Below are positions 35,981 to 49,023 of a stretch of 64,000 nt of DNA, piece by piece (the first letter of the stretch is position 1; the number at the start of each line of letters is the position of its first letter). The notes beneath the pieces were generated by a model. The model searched no databases. It was given only the letters and a program-made list of their open reading frames with translations, and was not told the DNA's origin. The translations under genes and the position numbers were made by a program. This DNA is from Phoronis australis (lineage: Eukaryota; Animalia; Phoronida): positions 124,001-188,000 of the forward strand of contig NMRA01000415.1 of assembly GCA_002633005.1 (NCBI GenBank), given 5' to 3'.

Positions 35981-38187
35981 CAGCACTGTAGTCTCACTTT
36001 ATTTATTTATTTTTTATTATGAAATATTATTGTTTAATCTGTTCTTGTCAGTGGCTATGATTGGTTTACTTTAATCAATGTTGGTGCTATAAATGAGATT
36101 ACTGCTGCTGCACATTTGTACTCGAGATCATCCACAGGAAACTTTGTTGGGCTTTGCAATGTTTTGAATGAGTAAAATCGTGGCTGAGGGACGGGCCACA
36201 CAGGCTGGCACCACATCAGAGGAGGGAGGCAGTGGCACCAATATGAGGCGAGAGTGTCCCAAGCATTAGTGGCCTGGCACAAAACTAGGCAGCAACCAGG
36301 GAGTGGCACCGCTACGTCTGCAGTGATATTCCTAGCTAAGTGACAGTGTCACGGCATGACGGATACAATCCGCAATGTAGTGAATTCACCTTGGTGCTGA
36401 GGGCCATGAAACTCACAAATGAGATGACGTCACTGTTGTTGCTGCACCAAATTCTCAGTTACCTCACTGACTGCACTGCATCAATTGTGAATATTCAAAG
36501 TACCTAGTTATTTCTCAAATTTTGAAAATGGACAATGTTTGTCTTTCTTGAAAGTTGCATGTTTGACTGTCACACACTGTTTACAACTGTATTGATGATG
36601 AGTCTTGTAGTTTACACATCCAACTGTTCACTTGCTGGTCATGAGTGGCCAGTGATTCTGTGAGACAACAGACCCTCTGAAATGATGTAGTCTTACCATG
36701 CTTCAAAATTTTAAGCATGATTAAATTGATAGCAAGCAATTCACGCCATGACACTAGTCTTATCATTCTTACTTCTTGGTCTTTGATTTCCCTTCATTTT
36801 GAAACTTGCATTATGGGTTACTTTGTTGATAAGCCATAAAGTACTATAATAATAAAGGCTTTTTGTTTATTATCTGTCTTGTTTTTTGTCTCACACATGT
36901 GGCTGACTGTGCTCATTTTCGAAAACAAAAGCCGAAAATTAATCTTGATGGCAACTCAAATTTCACTAGGTGGCGTTAGTGAAGCACGCATCAGGCTGTC
37001 TGTATTCAGACAACCGCTGGTACACTTTTTCTATCCTGGAACTAGGAAGGTGTAAGGGAGAGAGGGCGGGGGAGGGGGAGTGCACAACCACAGTTTTTAT
37101 AGGAAACGCTTGAGCAGGGAGTTGATACTTTCCCTTCTAAATCCGCAGTATGCCACCAACCTTACCGAACGTGCGGTGCATCCTGATTCATCACTACCAG
37201 ACCATTGTTTTGGAGTGGAATTCCTTGTATGCTTTTTATGACCCCACATTTGTATATGTGGCCGCAAACTATCACCTTGTGGGGTGCCCTGTTAGGTTGT
37301 CCCCTGTCGGCTTGATACCTAAAACCCCTGGTCTGATTATGATGAAATTTGGCACAAAGGTGTAGGGCATCACTAGAGCAGTTCGTGCCACTTTTCAATC
37401 TTACCCGCCCCCTGGTGTCTGAGTGCGCGTAATAGATGTGTAGCTCGTGCTTCCTTGAAGCGCAAATTCATCTTGACGTGAGCGGCTTTTACTATTTCTA
37501 GGAAAATTTGTGTTACAATGTATCTCGCATTTATGGCGACCTGTTGCTGGGAGTACTGGTAAAAAGTAGTAAAAAGACAAACGTTAGTATTGAAATCTAT
37601 TTTAAAATCTCAAAATAGTCTCCATGTTTCGAGTGACACGCTCTTTGTGGTAAATAGTGTGCTGGTCGAAACGTGTGGAATATTTTAATAACGATATTCG
37701 TCTTTTTACGCTATTACCGTTAGTCAAGGAAAGGTTTTTTAACACTCTTTCTTATGTTACTTTTTTGAGGTGAGGACGCCAAGACGAACTTCGGAATGCA
37801 AAAGTGACATTATACTTTTCCTTTTAAGCTCACGGGGATGCTACTTTGTAATTAAAACTAATACAGCTGTATTTAACCTGCTCAAAATTCCATTTGATCC
37901 AATACATACAAGTGATCGTACACATGAGAAATTATTCATATTTCCCTCGTTCTCTGTCGTATCATGCATTCTTGCCAAGAATAATAAAATGATGTGGCTT
38001 TGCTATGGGCGCGCTATTCTATCGTTTTCCGCTCGAGCTTAGGTAGCATCAGGAATAGTTCCTAGTAAGATAAAAAACATTTTAAAATTAAAATCCAGTC
38101 AACTAAAACTGCGAATTAAAGTAATGCATGGAACCTGCCTTAGTAATAACCGGCGAACCAATCGAGTTTCGACAAAAGGCTCGGAGG

Positions 38188-38730
38188 CGAAGCGATACCG
38201 AAGCTAGTTTACAGTGAAACAACACGTGTAGGTGAGATAAAAGGTCATATATATTATGACAAACTAAACTCATACAGATATCGATAAATGTATACACACG
38301 TGTTGAACTAGAAAGATAAGTAACAAACAATATGCGGAAGCAACACTGGGACAGCGACATCGGGAAATTAAGTGCAAATAGGGAAGGAAAGAAAATTGGT
38401 TTGGAGGTGGAGGGAAATAGAAATTGCCGGACTAAGAAACCCGAAACTTGGATATAATTATGGACGAGGACCCAGCGTTGCGCCAATCCCCGTGGTAAAC
38501 CACTAATCGTAGAACAAAGAAGGTCACAGACCCGAGAAGCTAGCAATATGATAATGAGTACGAAGCAGAAGCCTATAGCTCAGAAGTTACATCAGTAAAA
38601 TAATTTAAACTGCGAAGCGATTATACCGAAGCTAGTTTACAATGAAACAACACGTGTAGGTGAGATAAATATTATGACAAAGTAAACTACTACAGATATC
38701 GATAAAAAGTACAAAAGTTGGAATATGTTG
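38188..38730. repeat. ~110-bp direct repeat (about 38188-38310 and 38612-38720)
   Basis: gcgaagcgat(t)accgaagctagtttaca.tgaaacaacacgtgtaggtgagataaa...cagatatcgataaa occurs twice. Confidence 0.8.
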
Positions 38731-41049
38731 AGCTGTAAAGGTGGGTGACAATCTGCCACAGATGCAGCAAAAGAATGCATCCGCGCCGCGCCCGGCCATC
38801 CAAGTTTGCGCCGCCTTGAGTCTTGCGGCCGTGAGCTGCCTTTGGAAATTTACGAGTCGTGGAGCTAATGCACGGCACTGTCTCCCCCGGCCTAGTACCC
38901 GCCCCGGCCCCGCGACCACCGACCCAGCACCGTATCCCCCGGGTTTCATTTCTCGCCGTTTAGTGTTGTATCATATGATACCGGCCCTTCATCGTAGGCC
39001 TGACACAACGACAAGGACACGTTTTTCCCAAGACTTGATGGAAACACTCACCAAGGTCTTGTGTATCTAGGAATACGATACCAAAACCGGGAGCTTCTAT
39101 ACATGTAGTTTCCGCATTGTGACTCACCGGCTCACGTACATGTACATCAATTAGTCTCTGCGGTCCGCGGCCTTTTCAGTCTCGGACGCGTGGCTGGCAG
39201 GTGTCGTAGACCTACATGTAATACCAAAGAGTTGTGACGATTCTCTAACCGCCCCGATGTGCCAACCGGAATCGAAAAAAGTAAACCTACCTTTGGTTTT
39301 GACTCTTCTTTTCAAGGAGTTAAAATTTCAATAGGAAATTTCTAGCATTGATACGCATCTGAGGCATTTTTAACCTACAGGGAGAGAAAGATGAATTCAA
39401 CTGACAAAATATCGTCAACGTTGCTTGTATAGGCTCAGTGGACCTGGTTTGTTTCTATTTGTGAACGTGGCCGGAATTAGGAAAGATCACTTGTTCGGCT
39501 GTACGTGCGCTATTTGAAGAAAAGTGACTTTTCTTCAAATAGCGCCCCCCAGGCCCCCCTACCCTTATTGCATTGTGCAATACTGGGACGATCTGAGGAA
39601 TCGGCTGCAATTTCATTCGGGTAGCCCTCAAACAAGCCAAAATTGCCAAAAATTCAGTTGGTTTACAACATTTTTGAACCTGTGGGAAATTTACTTTCAA
39701 AATCTACTGTGTTGACTTACTGTATGTCGCGCATCGGCAGGCCGTGTTGATTTTATCTATTGCATATTTTGTGTTTTAGGCTCTTTCAGTTTTCTTAGCC
39801 CTTGCATTTCAGTTGCAGTAAAAGGGCTAAAAATACAAGACTGAATAAAATTTCTGTCTTTTGGGCTTCTGATGTGTAATAACTTAAAACTTTGAAGGAG
39901 GTGAAGATAATGTGACAAGCCTATCACTATGTGTTCTGCTAGGCAAACCCAGTGTGAACTGTGCCCCGTGAGACACGCCGAAGTCGTCATTAAGAACCAA
40001 TGAGTTCCGTTTCCCACGATTAACTTAGACCATAGGCCTATGATGACAATAATTCGACTAATTATGACAGGAACTGGTGAGTTTTGAGATCATAAATTGC
40101 CGAAAGCAAGGGGTGTACCCCGTAGAACAAGGTTCGTGTGAGAAAATAAAACGAGACTAAACACGACAAGGCTTCGGTGCACTGAGCTGGAATCTTATGT
40201 TGAGTTGGGATAAAGATAACGCTAAAGATAATGCTTTCCGTACAACCATGGAAAATTTCTCGTTGCAACGGTTTTGGCTCGCACGTGTTTTGCCGTGCAC
40301 CGATCGAGAACGCTGCTTCACTGGTGCACTGGCAGCTTCATTGCTCTTGCAATCTAATGTCACAGGTTTCAACTCGTCGCTTATCGATGGATCTGACACA
40401 ACAAGGAAACAAAGGCGTAAGTGGCATGACAAAGGAAAATAGAGTTATTACACTGTTTTTGCACATTGTACGTGTGTAATGAATATTGTTATTAAATAGT
40501 AAAGTTGTGAATCGTAGGAAAGCGACCTGCCAGTGCATCTCTCAAGCTGGTTAACTCCATGTCTACATGTACTAATTTGCGTATCCTTTTCGAGATAGGC
40601 CTACTTGATGTTGCAAGAGGACTTTTATTCACAAACTTTGTTCGGCCTATGAAGATGTGACACCTAATATTACGTGCGTGTCAGCATTTGCCAAGTTTGA
40701 AATTATTTCCTCATTGGCTAATTACCAGCCATAGCTCTGGCAACTCTCGATTATAGTGTCTGTGTTAAATTCTAGGCACGAAGCAATACCAACTACATGT
40801 ATTGAAAAATGGTTGTCACTCGACTTTCACCATGCAATCAGCATTGATTTTCGGAACTATTCAGTATTTGGTTTCAATTTAGACTTTCTGTAACTGCTGA
40901 TGAATCTGAATAATTGTCCACTCATTGGAAAACCTGGTAGAGTAATTTGTTAATTTACAGATGACGAGAGGCTATATATATGAGACAGTTATGACCAGTT
41001 CGTACTCTTGACTGTGGAACGGTCTGTTTCCTTCGAGGTAAATCTCGAC

Positions 41050-41814
41050 ATGGAGATACATTTTCGTCTCCTCGTCTTGGTGCTAAGCGCTCTGCTATCG
41101 ATTGGCGTCGACGCAGCCAATGCCAAGTCAAAACCGTCGTCTTCGTTTAAGGAGTCCCAAATAGCGTTGAACAAATATCACGATTATATTTTTGAACAGT
41201 TGAATGACAGTACCTCAAAACTGACCTTTGTGGAGAACAAGATCAAAGAATTAGAATCTTTGTTTGAAGACAGGATTACGAAGCTGGAAACTAAGCTGAA
41301 AGCTAGCTTGACTAGGCAGATTTCAAGAACACCGCACATGGAAGACCTGGAAATGAAAGTAAACGAGCTGAAGTCGCGAACCAGAAACGTAGCTTACGAA
41401 TCGTGGTACAGCTACGTTGAAAAGAGCCCCGACTCTGCGAATATGGACATCATCAAAAATATGAAGTTTAATAAGAAGGAAAAGAGCAGTGACTTGAAGA
41501 TCGAGTTTTACACAAATTTTGGCTTGGAAGGAGTACAATACAACTGTGATCGAATGTGCACCAAGTATCAAGTCCTTGTCAACGGGCAGAATTGTGCAAG
41601 TCCAATCGACGCTACTATTTTTATGGAGACAGCTAAAAGCAACACGGAGTTTATAATTCCGTCTACGATGGTTGGAATTTGTCACGGAATTCCCAGTGGC
41701 GCAGTCGCTATACAAATACGCACTACAAAGTGTGAAGAGGCCCGTTTCGCACTACACACCATTACCGGATGGCGCATGAATTCCAGAATAATTGTGGAGG
41801 AACTCTTCAATTAA
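41050..41814 (+). CDS. Secreted coiled-coil protein with a CTHRC1-type C-terminal domain (254 aa, intronless)
   Basis: Signal peptide MEIHFRLLVLVLSALLSIGVDA; heptad region; C-terminus FNK..SSDLKI.F...C...C.....NG..C..PIDA.I...GIC.GI.SG.V.I....C...TGW...SRIIVEEL parallels CTHRC1 (...TGWNSVSRIIIEEL). TATA-like motif at ~40974. Confidence 0.88.
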   Translation: MEIHFRLLVLVLSALLSIGVDAANAKSKPSSSFKESQIALNKYHDYIFEQLNDSTSKLTFVENKIKELESLFEDRITKLETKLKASLTRQISRTPHMEDLEMKVNELKSRTRNVAYESWYSYVEKSPDSANMDIIKNMKFNKKEKSSDLKIEFYTNFGLEGVQYNCDRMCTKYQVLVNGQNCASPIDATIFMETAKSNTEFIIPSTMVGICHGIPSGAVAIQIRTTKCEEARFALHTITGWRMNSRIIVEELFN

Positions 41815-44442
41815 AAAGGCGTGATTGGAATGAAATTGTAACCTGTTATTTGACTCGTGATTAAGTTTACTCATGACATGCTCTACTCAACCTTTTACGA
41901 TTACGTAGGACCTTAGAAAATGCCCAAATTTGTCTAACTTCGCAACACTTAGAAAATGTCCAAATCTCTCTAACTTTGCAACATCAAATGTCAGTAATGT
42001 CTGAGTCTGATCAATGAGATTTTTAGATACCACGATGTGTATGCATTGTTCCCCGGCTAAAAGCTTTTAGAATTGTTTTTTAAAATGTCCCACATTTACA
42101 TGACTTTATATAATCTTTGTAAAAATTCAAAAGTTGCATAAAACAAAAATGATAGATTAAGAAACTGTATCAACGTTTCTGAGATTTTATCTGTAAGTTT
42201 TACATCATCGAAATTTGGCCATGTTATTGTATTGCTGTTAATGTACCTTTCCTGTTATCTAATGTACCTTTCTTATCTAACCCTGTAACCTAAGTGTATG
42301 CAGATTTGTATAAAAGTCTGGCAAAAATCCGAACTCTACATGCTTTCTACTTTCAGAAAATATACTGTTACTGAGTCAAAATCTTCAGTTTTCTACTTCT
42401 TTGGATAAATGCGGACTAGCCGATAAGGTTTTCCTTAAAATGCATTTAATAATTACACGCTTCCAGAGTTTGTTTTACAAATTTTCTCTATTGTGGGAGG
42501 CACAGATAATACGAAATTATATTACCTTTCTTAACATTTGACTTCAAAACCCGAGTTAGCAAATGATCAATTCCATTTTTCATACGCTCATAGTCATTTA
42601 TATTATAGGGGCATCTCCGTCCGTCCGTCAGTCCGGTGTCCGCTGCTGTAGAAGGCCTATCACTAAAACCCTTTGATGGATGTTCGTCAGTCGCTGACAG
42701 TCTGCTGGACGGGTACATTTTCGGACGGATCCGACCTCTGCTGTCCCCCGCTACTTACTTTTTACGTTTTCTTCTGTTTCTACCGAGTTCCTTGGCTGAT
42801 TTTCATGAAATATGGCAACTAGTTTTCTATTATGGAAAACATTTCTCGCGGACTCGATGATGTATTCTGTGCTCAATGTCAACGTTTTTGGAGTTCAACT
42901 CCCCACTCGTACGATCCGCCTAAAAGCATATACACATGTATAAAGAGTAGTTTTGATATGTGTGTTCTTGTTGACGACGGCTGACAGATTGTCAATGATT
43001 TTGGCCGTGGATATCACTTTTCCAGACGTGTTTGACTGTTTTTGAGGCGCTCGAAAACGTATTATTTTCAGCCTCGAATTACTTAAATAACCGACTTCCA
43101 TCTAATTTTGTACGTCTTTTGGTTGTGTAGGCCACCGAGAACGATTTCATGAAAAAACAAGACTGAGAAGGGACAATCCTGGCTGAGAACCACTAACGCT
43201 CAAAATACAGAATGATGTTCGTTTTTCGCAAAAAACTGACTGAACTGGCGGCACAAACTGATTGATTAGCTGATTGATTTCTGAGACTTTGTTCCAAAGT
43301 TGATTAGCGGCAGACAACTGGCCTGCGAGTTGTGATGCCGAACAAAAGAGCACTGGGGGACCACTCACATTATCTGGTCAAGTTTTGATATGGGCCCTCT
43401 GTTCAAGTTCAGTTTCATGATGACGTACACTCAGTCGCCGTGAGAATGACATGCTGACTGTGACTTCCGGCTTAGAGTCTTGCGCCGACAAAGGATACAT
43501 TGGCAACGAATTAGTACACATATAGACTACCTTTTGTAAACTCTTTGTCTCCGCCAGGAGGATCAAGTGAGCTCACGCGCCACGCCCTAGCTACGTAGCC
43601 GGTGTAGCAATGACTGGGAACGGGTCATTTTCACTAAATTATCATGGCCACCGGGCCGGTCTAAGATGTGAATATAATTTTCAACCCATGAAAAAATGGC
43701 GACCCCGGCACGTCGGCGAAAATTTACTGGTCATGTCCGCGCATTCAACGGCAGTGAGGGGCTTGAGATAATTACGACGTTTTCCCGTTGCTCCCAACTT
43801 ATTCTTCATAGCCCAGCAACAAGTTGGGAAGATCACCCCTGTAGCCAATATCTTACACGACTGATTTAGTCCATTCTGACATGTATGGTTGGAGGGCCGG
43901 CTCTCTTTTTGTTCGATAATTGCTCTAATCTCCGATCAGATAGTATCTAGCCTGACTGGTCTGTGCTGCTAAAAATAAATAAAAGTTAAGTTACAACATA
44001 TTTGAACATAAACCAATAGCATTTCTGAATTCCTTGTCAAGTGCTGATCCTGTTTTGTTTTTGAATCACCAAAATCGCCCAACTACAACAGAAGTTAAGA
44101 CAATCCATTCTGCCAGGTATCAGTAACCCTTTGAAGCCGGGGAGATAATTGGCCTGCTTCTTGTCGTACGAGACAAAAGACTGCGCTGGCCAGTTAACAA
44201 AGGAGCCAGATGTTATCTTGCGTTCAGAACCCCTCACGTCTGGAAAAGTTGCTGTAGGCTTACGACAGAACGCCGTCATGTAAGAAGACTGTGATACCCG
44301 CAGTATTAACTGGGCGGCCTTTCAACAATTGTTCGATAAGCCTGCTTAGCCTATGTCTGGGGGTGACTTCCCTGGCTACTGGCTACTGGCGTGGGTTAGC
44401 TACCGAAGAATAACTTGAAACGACCACCGAGAAGTGGTGATC

Positions 44443-45700
44443 TAGAAATTGAAAGATATTGAATTAATTTTGAGAAATTGGTCCAAAAGAATTTTGACGC
44501 CATTCGAGAGGATTACAGTAATCAAGGCGCTAGCGGTTTTAAAAATTGCAAATCTTCTGATATCCTTGCCACAACCTTCGAAACATATTCGAGAAAAACT
44601 GAACTTAGTGTACGTTTTTAAATTCCTCTGGCAAGGTCGCAGTGACAAGATTACGAGCGCTCCCGAGCTGTTTGTAATTATAATGAAGGAGGTATCAGAA
44701 GGATTAACATATTTTCATTCTGTAAGGCTTTAAAGATTAACATGTTAACAAAATTTGTAAACGGTCAGTCAGGCTGCCTGTTTGTTTCATTTGATTTTTC
44801 CTGAATTTAGAAATTTCGCAAAGCATGGAGTTGACTTTCCAAAGATAAAGTTGCCTAATATTGACAATCACTTCTGGAAAGATTTTTTTTGAATGTGTAA
44901 TCTCCTTTGGATATTGTTTGAAGATCAAAAATCAGATAATTTTCTTAACCAACTTTTTATGGTTTACATGTAGCAGTGATCTACAGGCAGGAGCAAAAAG
45001 CATTTTCTACAGGAACTGGTGCAATAGAAGCATTATTAGATAGTCTTTATAAAGGACTTGTTTTCCCCATACGGTAATATTTTGAACTATAGACCTATTG
45101 TGGATGTTTTAGATATCAAAATGAACTTTATGGAGTACATGCCCTGATAGTCTAATTTCCGTGATATTTAAGTACAAACAGAAATGTGCTACTGATAGAG
45201 TTGTTAGTTTTGATGCGTATTGTCCTGTTATGCCAACGATTTTAATGAAACTGAAAAGTGGTGGGAGAGGGTGTCAACATATCTGTACACAATTGAATTA
45301 CAGTTCCGAAGTCTCAAAAGCGGAGTCATAATGGGCCAACGAACTGAAAGTAAACACAACTAATTTTTCACGGGAAGATGTTTAACACGTACAACAAGAG
45401 ATCCACGAATTAGGTGGCTTCGGCTCTTGACGAGAATTTTGACTACTAACTCATTTTCAAAAATAATTCAAGTTACGGATGACGACTCTTGTTCCTTTTG
45501 TGGACAATCGAAAGAGACTTTGAAACACTTAGTATTCAATTAGTAGGCTATTGGTCCGTCAAACAGTTGGACAAAAGTTAATAACGAAATTCTACTAAGC
45601 AAATCCCCAGTGTGTCGGCACTCTATTCTGCAACAACGTTATTTTTGGCTTTTTTGATAAAAAAGAAAAATTTAAACACATTGTTTTATTATTCGGGGTA
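44443..45700 (+). pseudogene. Decayed 3' part of an L1/Tx1-like non-LTR retrotransposon ORF2
   Basis: ILRNWSKRILTPFERITVIKAL, FKFLWQG and RILTTN...CSFCG...ETLKHL (zf-RVT-like), broken by frameshifts and stops. Confidence 0.8.
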
Positions 45701-46669
45701 AACAGTTTATGATACCCAAAAGGCGGGGGGCGGGGGCGAGGGGACGGAGAGACCCGAAGGCGCCGCAGAGCAAACCGTTATGCCAAAGCATAGGGAGGAT
45801 TCGTGGTGATCAGGCGATACATATATAGATCAAGAAACATGTATAATAAATTGTTAGCATATAGAAATGTCTATCCCGTCCTGATGAGACAACGTGGTAC
45901 TGCCTGGGTGATTTCTGGGAGTAATATACATAGGGAGTGGAAACTTCAAGCCCAACTTTCATCGCTATTGTACTATGACTGCCTCGCTATTCAAGCTCAC
46001 AGAGCGAAATAATCGTATTTACTTAGTGCCCGAACCACAGTTCAGCGCATGTCAACACTGTCAGGCATGCGCACTTAATCAACAACATTGGCAGCCATTT
46101 TTAAAAACACGCCCTTTCACGGCATTAGAATCCTTGTGATTCTTGTCGGTGTTGTTATTGAGAATTTGACGATGTTAAAGTTCTGTCATTAATTGTAAAT
46201 GCATTGATTGTACTAATTAGAGCACGTAGAATACAACTGACTTGAAATTGTACTTCGTTGTTGTTTTTTTATCTGTTAAAAATCGCCTTAAAATGGGTCA
46301 GTGATGAGCGTTTTTTACTTTCGTGGGCATAAAATCTAGTTTTACTGCGACTTGGGGTCTCAAAATGTTAATCATACGGGAAATTGGTTCTTTCATCCGT
46401 AAAATATCTGATATATACGTTTAGAATTATAGGAGACGTATTTTTCCGAGTTTCGCCGCAGCGTAGTCTTGTTTTGTCGTGTAATTCCTGCAATTATTTG
46501 GCGCAGCACCGGTGGTTTCTTCTACGTCGGCGTTTTTCATTTATAAGCCAATTGGAATATACGTTGTATTCAGAAGTCTTTTCTTTCACTTTGCTGATTT
46601 TTACTGGTTTCTTTTACTTTACTGCATTTTAAAAGCACATTACATCTGTTGTGAGTTAAGAAGTGAATT

Positions 46670-48194
46670 ATGAACAAACACGACGACTTCGTGAACTGGA
46701 GTGACGTAGATTTAGACGCACTGTTGGGCGATTATACTGCGGAGGAGGAAAGCGATGATGAGCCCGATTTCTCAGGGTACGAAATCTCGAAAAAGAGAAA
46801 AGAACCTAGCACTTTGCCTGCTGATGAAACTGCAACATCCACTACCTTCGTTGGTGCTAGTGCCGATGGCAACAAATTTGATTGTCCTCTGTGTGACAAA
46901 AACTATTCTTCCGTCAGTGGGTTTCGTGGACACGTTATTAAGAAGCATCAGCGACCGGATTTGAAAGGTAAATGAATATTGATTGTGAAAATGTCGACTT
47001 TGGAGTGTTAGGATTTTAGTTGGGAAAATAAGTAGGGAAAATAATCATATCTTACGACAGTGATGCCTTGGGGCCACTGAGTGTAACACACGTAGCTTCT
47101 AAGTTAGTACCTCTTTGACTTTTCATGATCCATGTCAATTTAAGTGTCAATGTACATTCTCAGGCTCAGTCATGTGGTGTACTTTGCCCCATTAATGTAT
47201 TCATTTTACATTTGCAGCACACAACAACCGAAGACATTCGCTTGGGAAAGAAAATGTTGAACCAGCCATTCCTCGTGAAAATTTTACGGAGACAGTTGCG
47301 CATGCTATACAAATATCATTATGCAAGATTGTGGACTGTCCCTTTAGAAATAGTCCAGCCTCGGTTCATGGGAAAGAGATTGTCCTCATCGCCAAACAAG
47401 TTCAGCTCGAAGGTCAAGACATCAATGCGAAGTTTCAGAATTTAATTTCGAAATTTGCTGCCTTGCTGTCCTCAGCGTTATGTGGGGTAACAGTTGAAGG
47501 AGATTTTGAGCAGTTAATGCTGGGGTTTCATGATCTGAGGCATGATCCTGGTTTTCTCACTGATATTGGTGTAAACTCGAAGTATGAACAACAATTTACC
47601 CAAGTGTTCCTGTTCCAGTTATTGGAGGACGTCATTGCGCTTTTGAAGAAAAACACGCAAGAAAAGAACAAGACACACACTGATGCATTGACTGAAGATG
47701 ACAATCTTGTCCTGTGTTACATTGCTGGTTACATGTTAAGAGTATCACCACAAAAGGCACCAAAACACATGAGGGAGGACATGACGTCACTTTGTGAGTA
47801 TCTCACATGCAAAGACATTGAGAAAGAGTATCCACACACTGAATGGATCAGGCGAGTTAGCAGAGGAGGATTAAAGACTCCGTCACTCGATTGTTTTCAT
47901 TTGATTCAATGTTATGAGGTTGTGGCGCGATCCATGGTCGACACTTCTAATCTCAAGAAAACGTCAATGAACATAAACTGTCTTACAGAAACTATATTGT
48001 GCGATGCAGCTGTGAAAAATCTGTGGGAGAAGCTGGGTAAGGCTGTGATTCTTAACGAAGTGTTAATCAAGATTTTTTTGACTGTTAGAGGATTCGCTGT
48101 TACCAAACTGTTGAGAAAGAAGAACAACAAGAGAGGAGTGTCATCACAAGGTGGTAATTCTTTCCGTAAATCTCTGAAGGAAATGAATTCCTAA
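46670..48194 (+). CDS. Spliced 424-aa protein: acidic N-terminus, C2H2 zinc finger and P-transposase C-terminal-like domain (exons 46670-46967, 47218-48194)
   Basis: Intron G|gtaaat...tttgcag|CA joins the 101-aa and 287-aa ORFs in frame. Motifs: CPLCDKNYSSVSGFRGHVIKKH; VLCYIAGYMLR; WIRRVSRGGLKTPS. Confidence 0.85.
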
Positions 48195-49023
48195 TTGTGA
48201 CCGAACATTTTCATTTCCTTTTTCTGATGCCAGATTTTGTTGACTACGTTTGTGTAAATACTGTATAGGCTTGTGACTGCAATACATTGTGTAACTGAAT
48301 ATTCTTTTCATGTTGAGAACGTCAGAAAAATATTTTCGCAACATAAAAACAATGCGACACGCTGGGGTCTAATTCTCGAAGGGACTTGCCTCTAGCCAGA
48401 CCTATTTGAAACTTGGTAATTTTACTTGAGACAAACAAATGTGCAATCAAGTCACATTTTGCTTCCATTTTTAGGAGTGGATGTTCAGGCTTCGTCAAGA
48501 ATCTTCGAGAAAAACCCATGTAGCTATTCTTTTCTTCGCTTTCATTTTCACTCTAAAATTCAAAGTTAATACTACAGAGAACAATACTTTATTACCTACT
48601 AAAACAACAACAACCAAATGCTTGAGTACATCTACAGAGACTGCAGACAAAGTTCGCAACTAAATTATCATGTTATATTTAAGTGTAATGAATCAAGGGG
48701 CTGACATACCACAATTTCCAAATAACATGTAGCGATTTATAAATACTTTTTCTTTCAAAAATTGTTGCTATTCTAGGCACAATTACAGACTTCAACTCAA
48801 TTAAAAAAGAAAGATCACTGAATAACCCACATAGAAAAGCAATCACCAATTTCCGAAATCTTGCAAACTTCACTAAGGAATACACGACAATAGAATACAA
48901 AAATGCAATATTCCCACAGAAGTTTTCAAAGAAAATTCAGTACAAAAACATTTCCAAAAACAACAGTGTAATCACCCTACACATTCATGGTTTGTGTAAA
49001 ATAGCATTACCAAGTCTCATAGA

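Noticed and set aside
38103-40538. Several 60-147-aa ORFs on both strands
   Set aside because: No recognisable motifs or consistent splice structure; they overlap repeats and are treated as chance ORFs.
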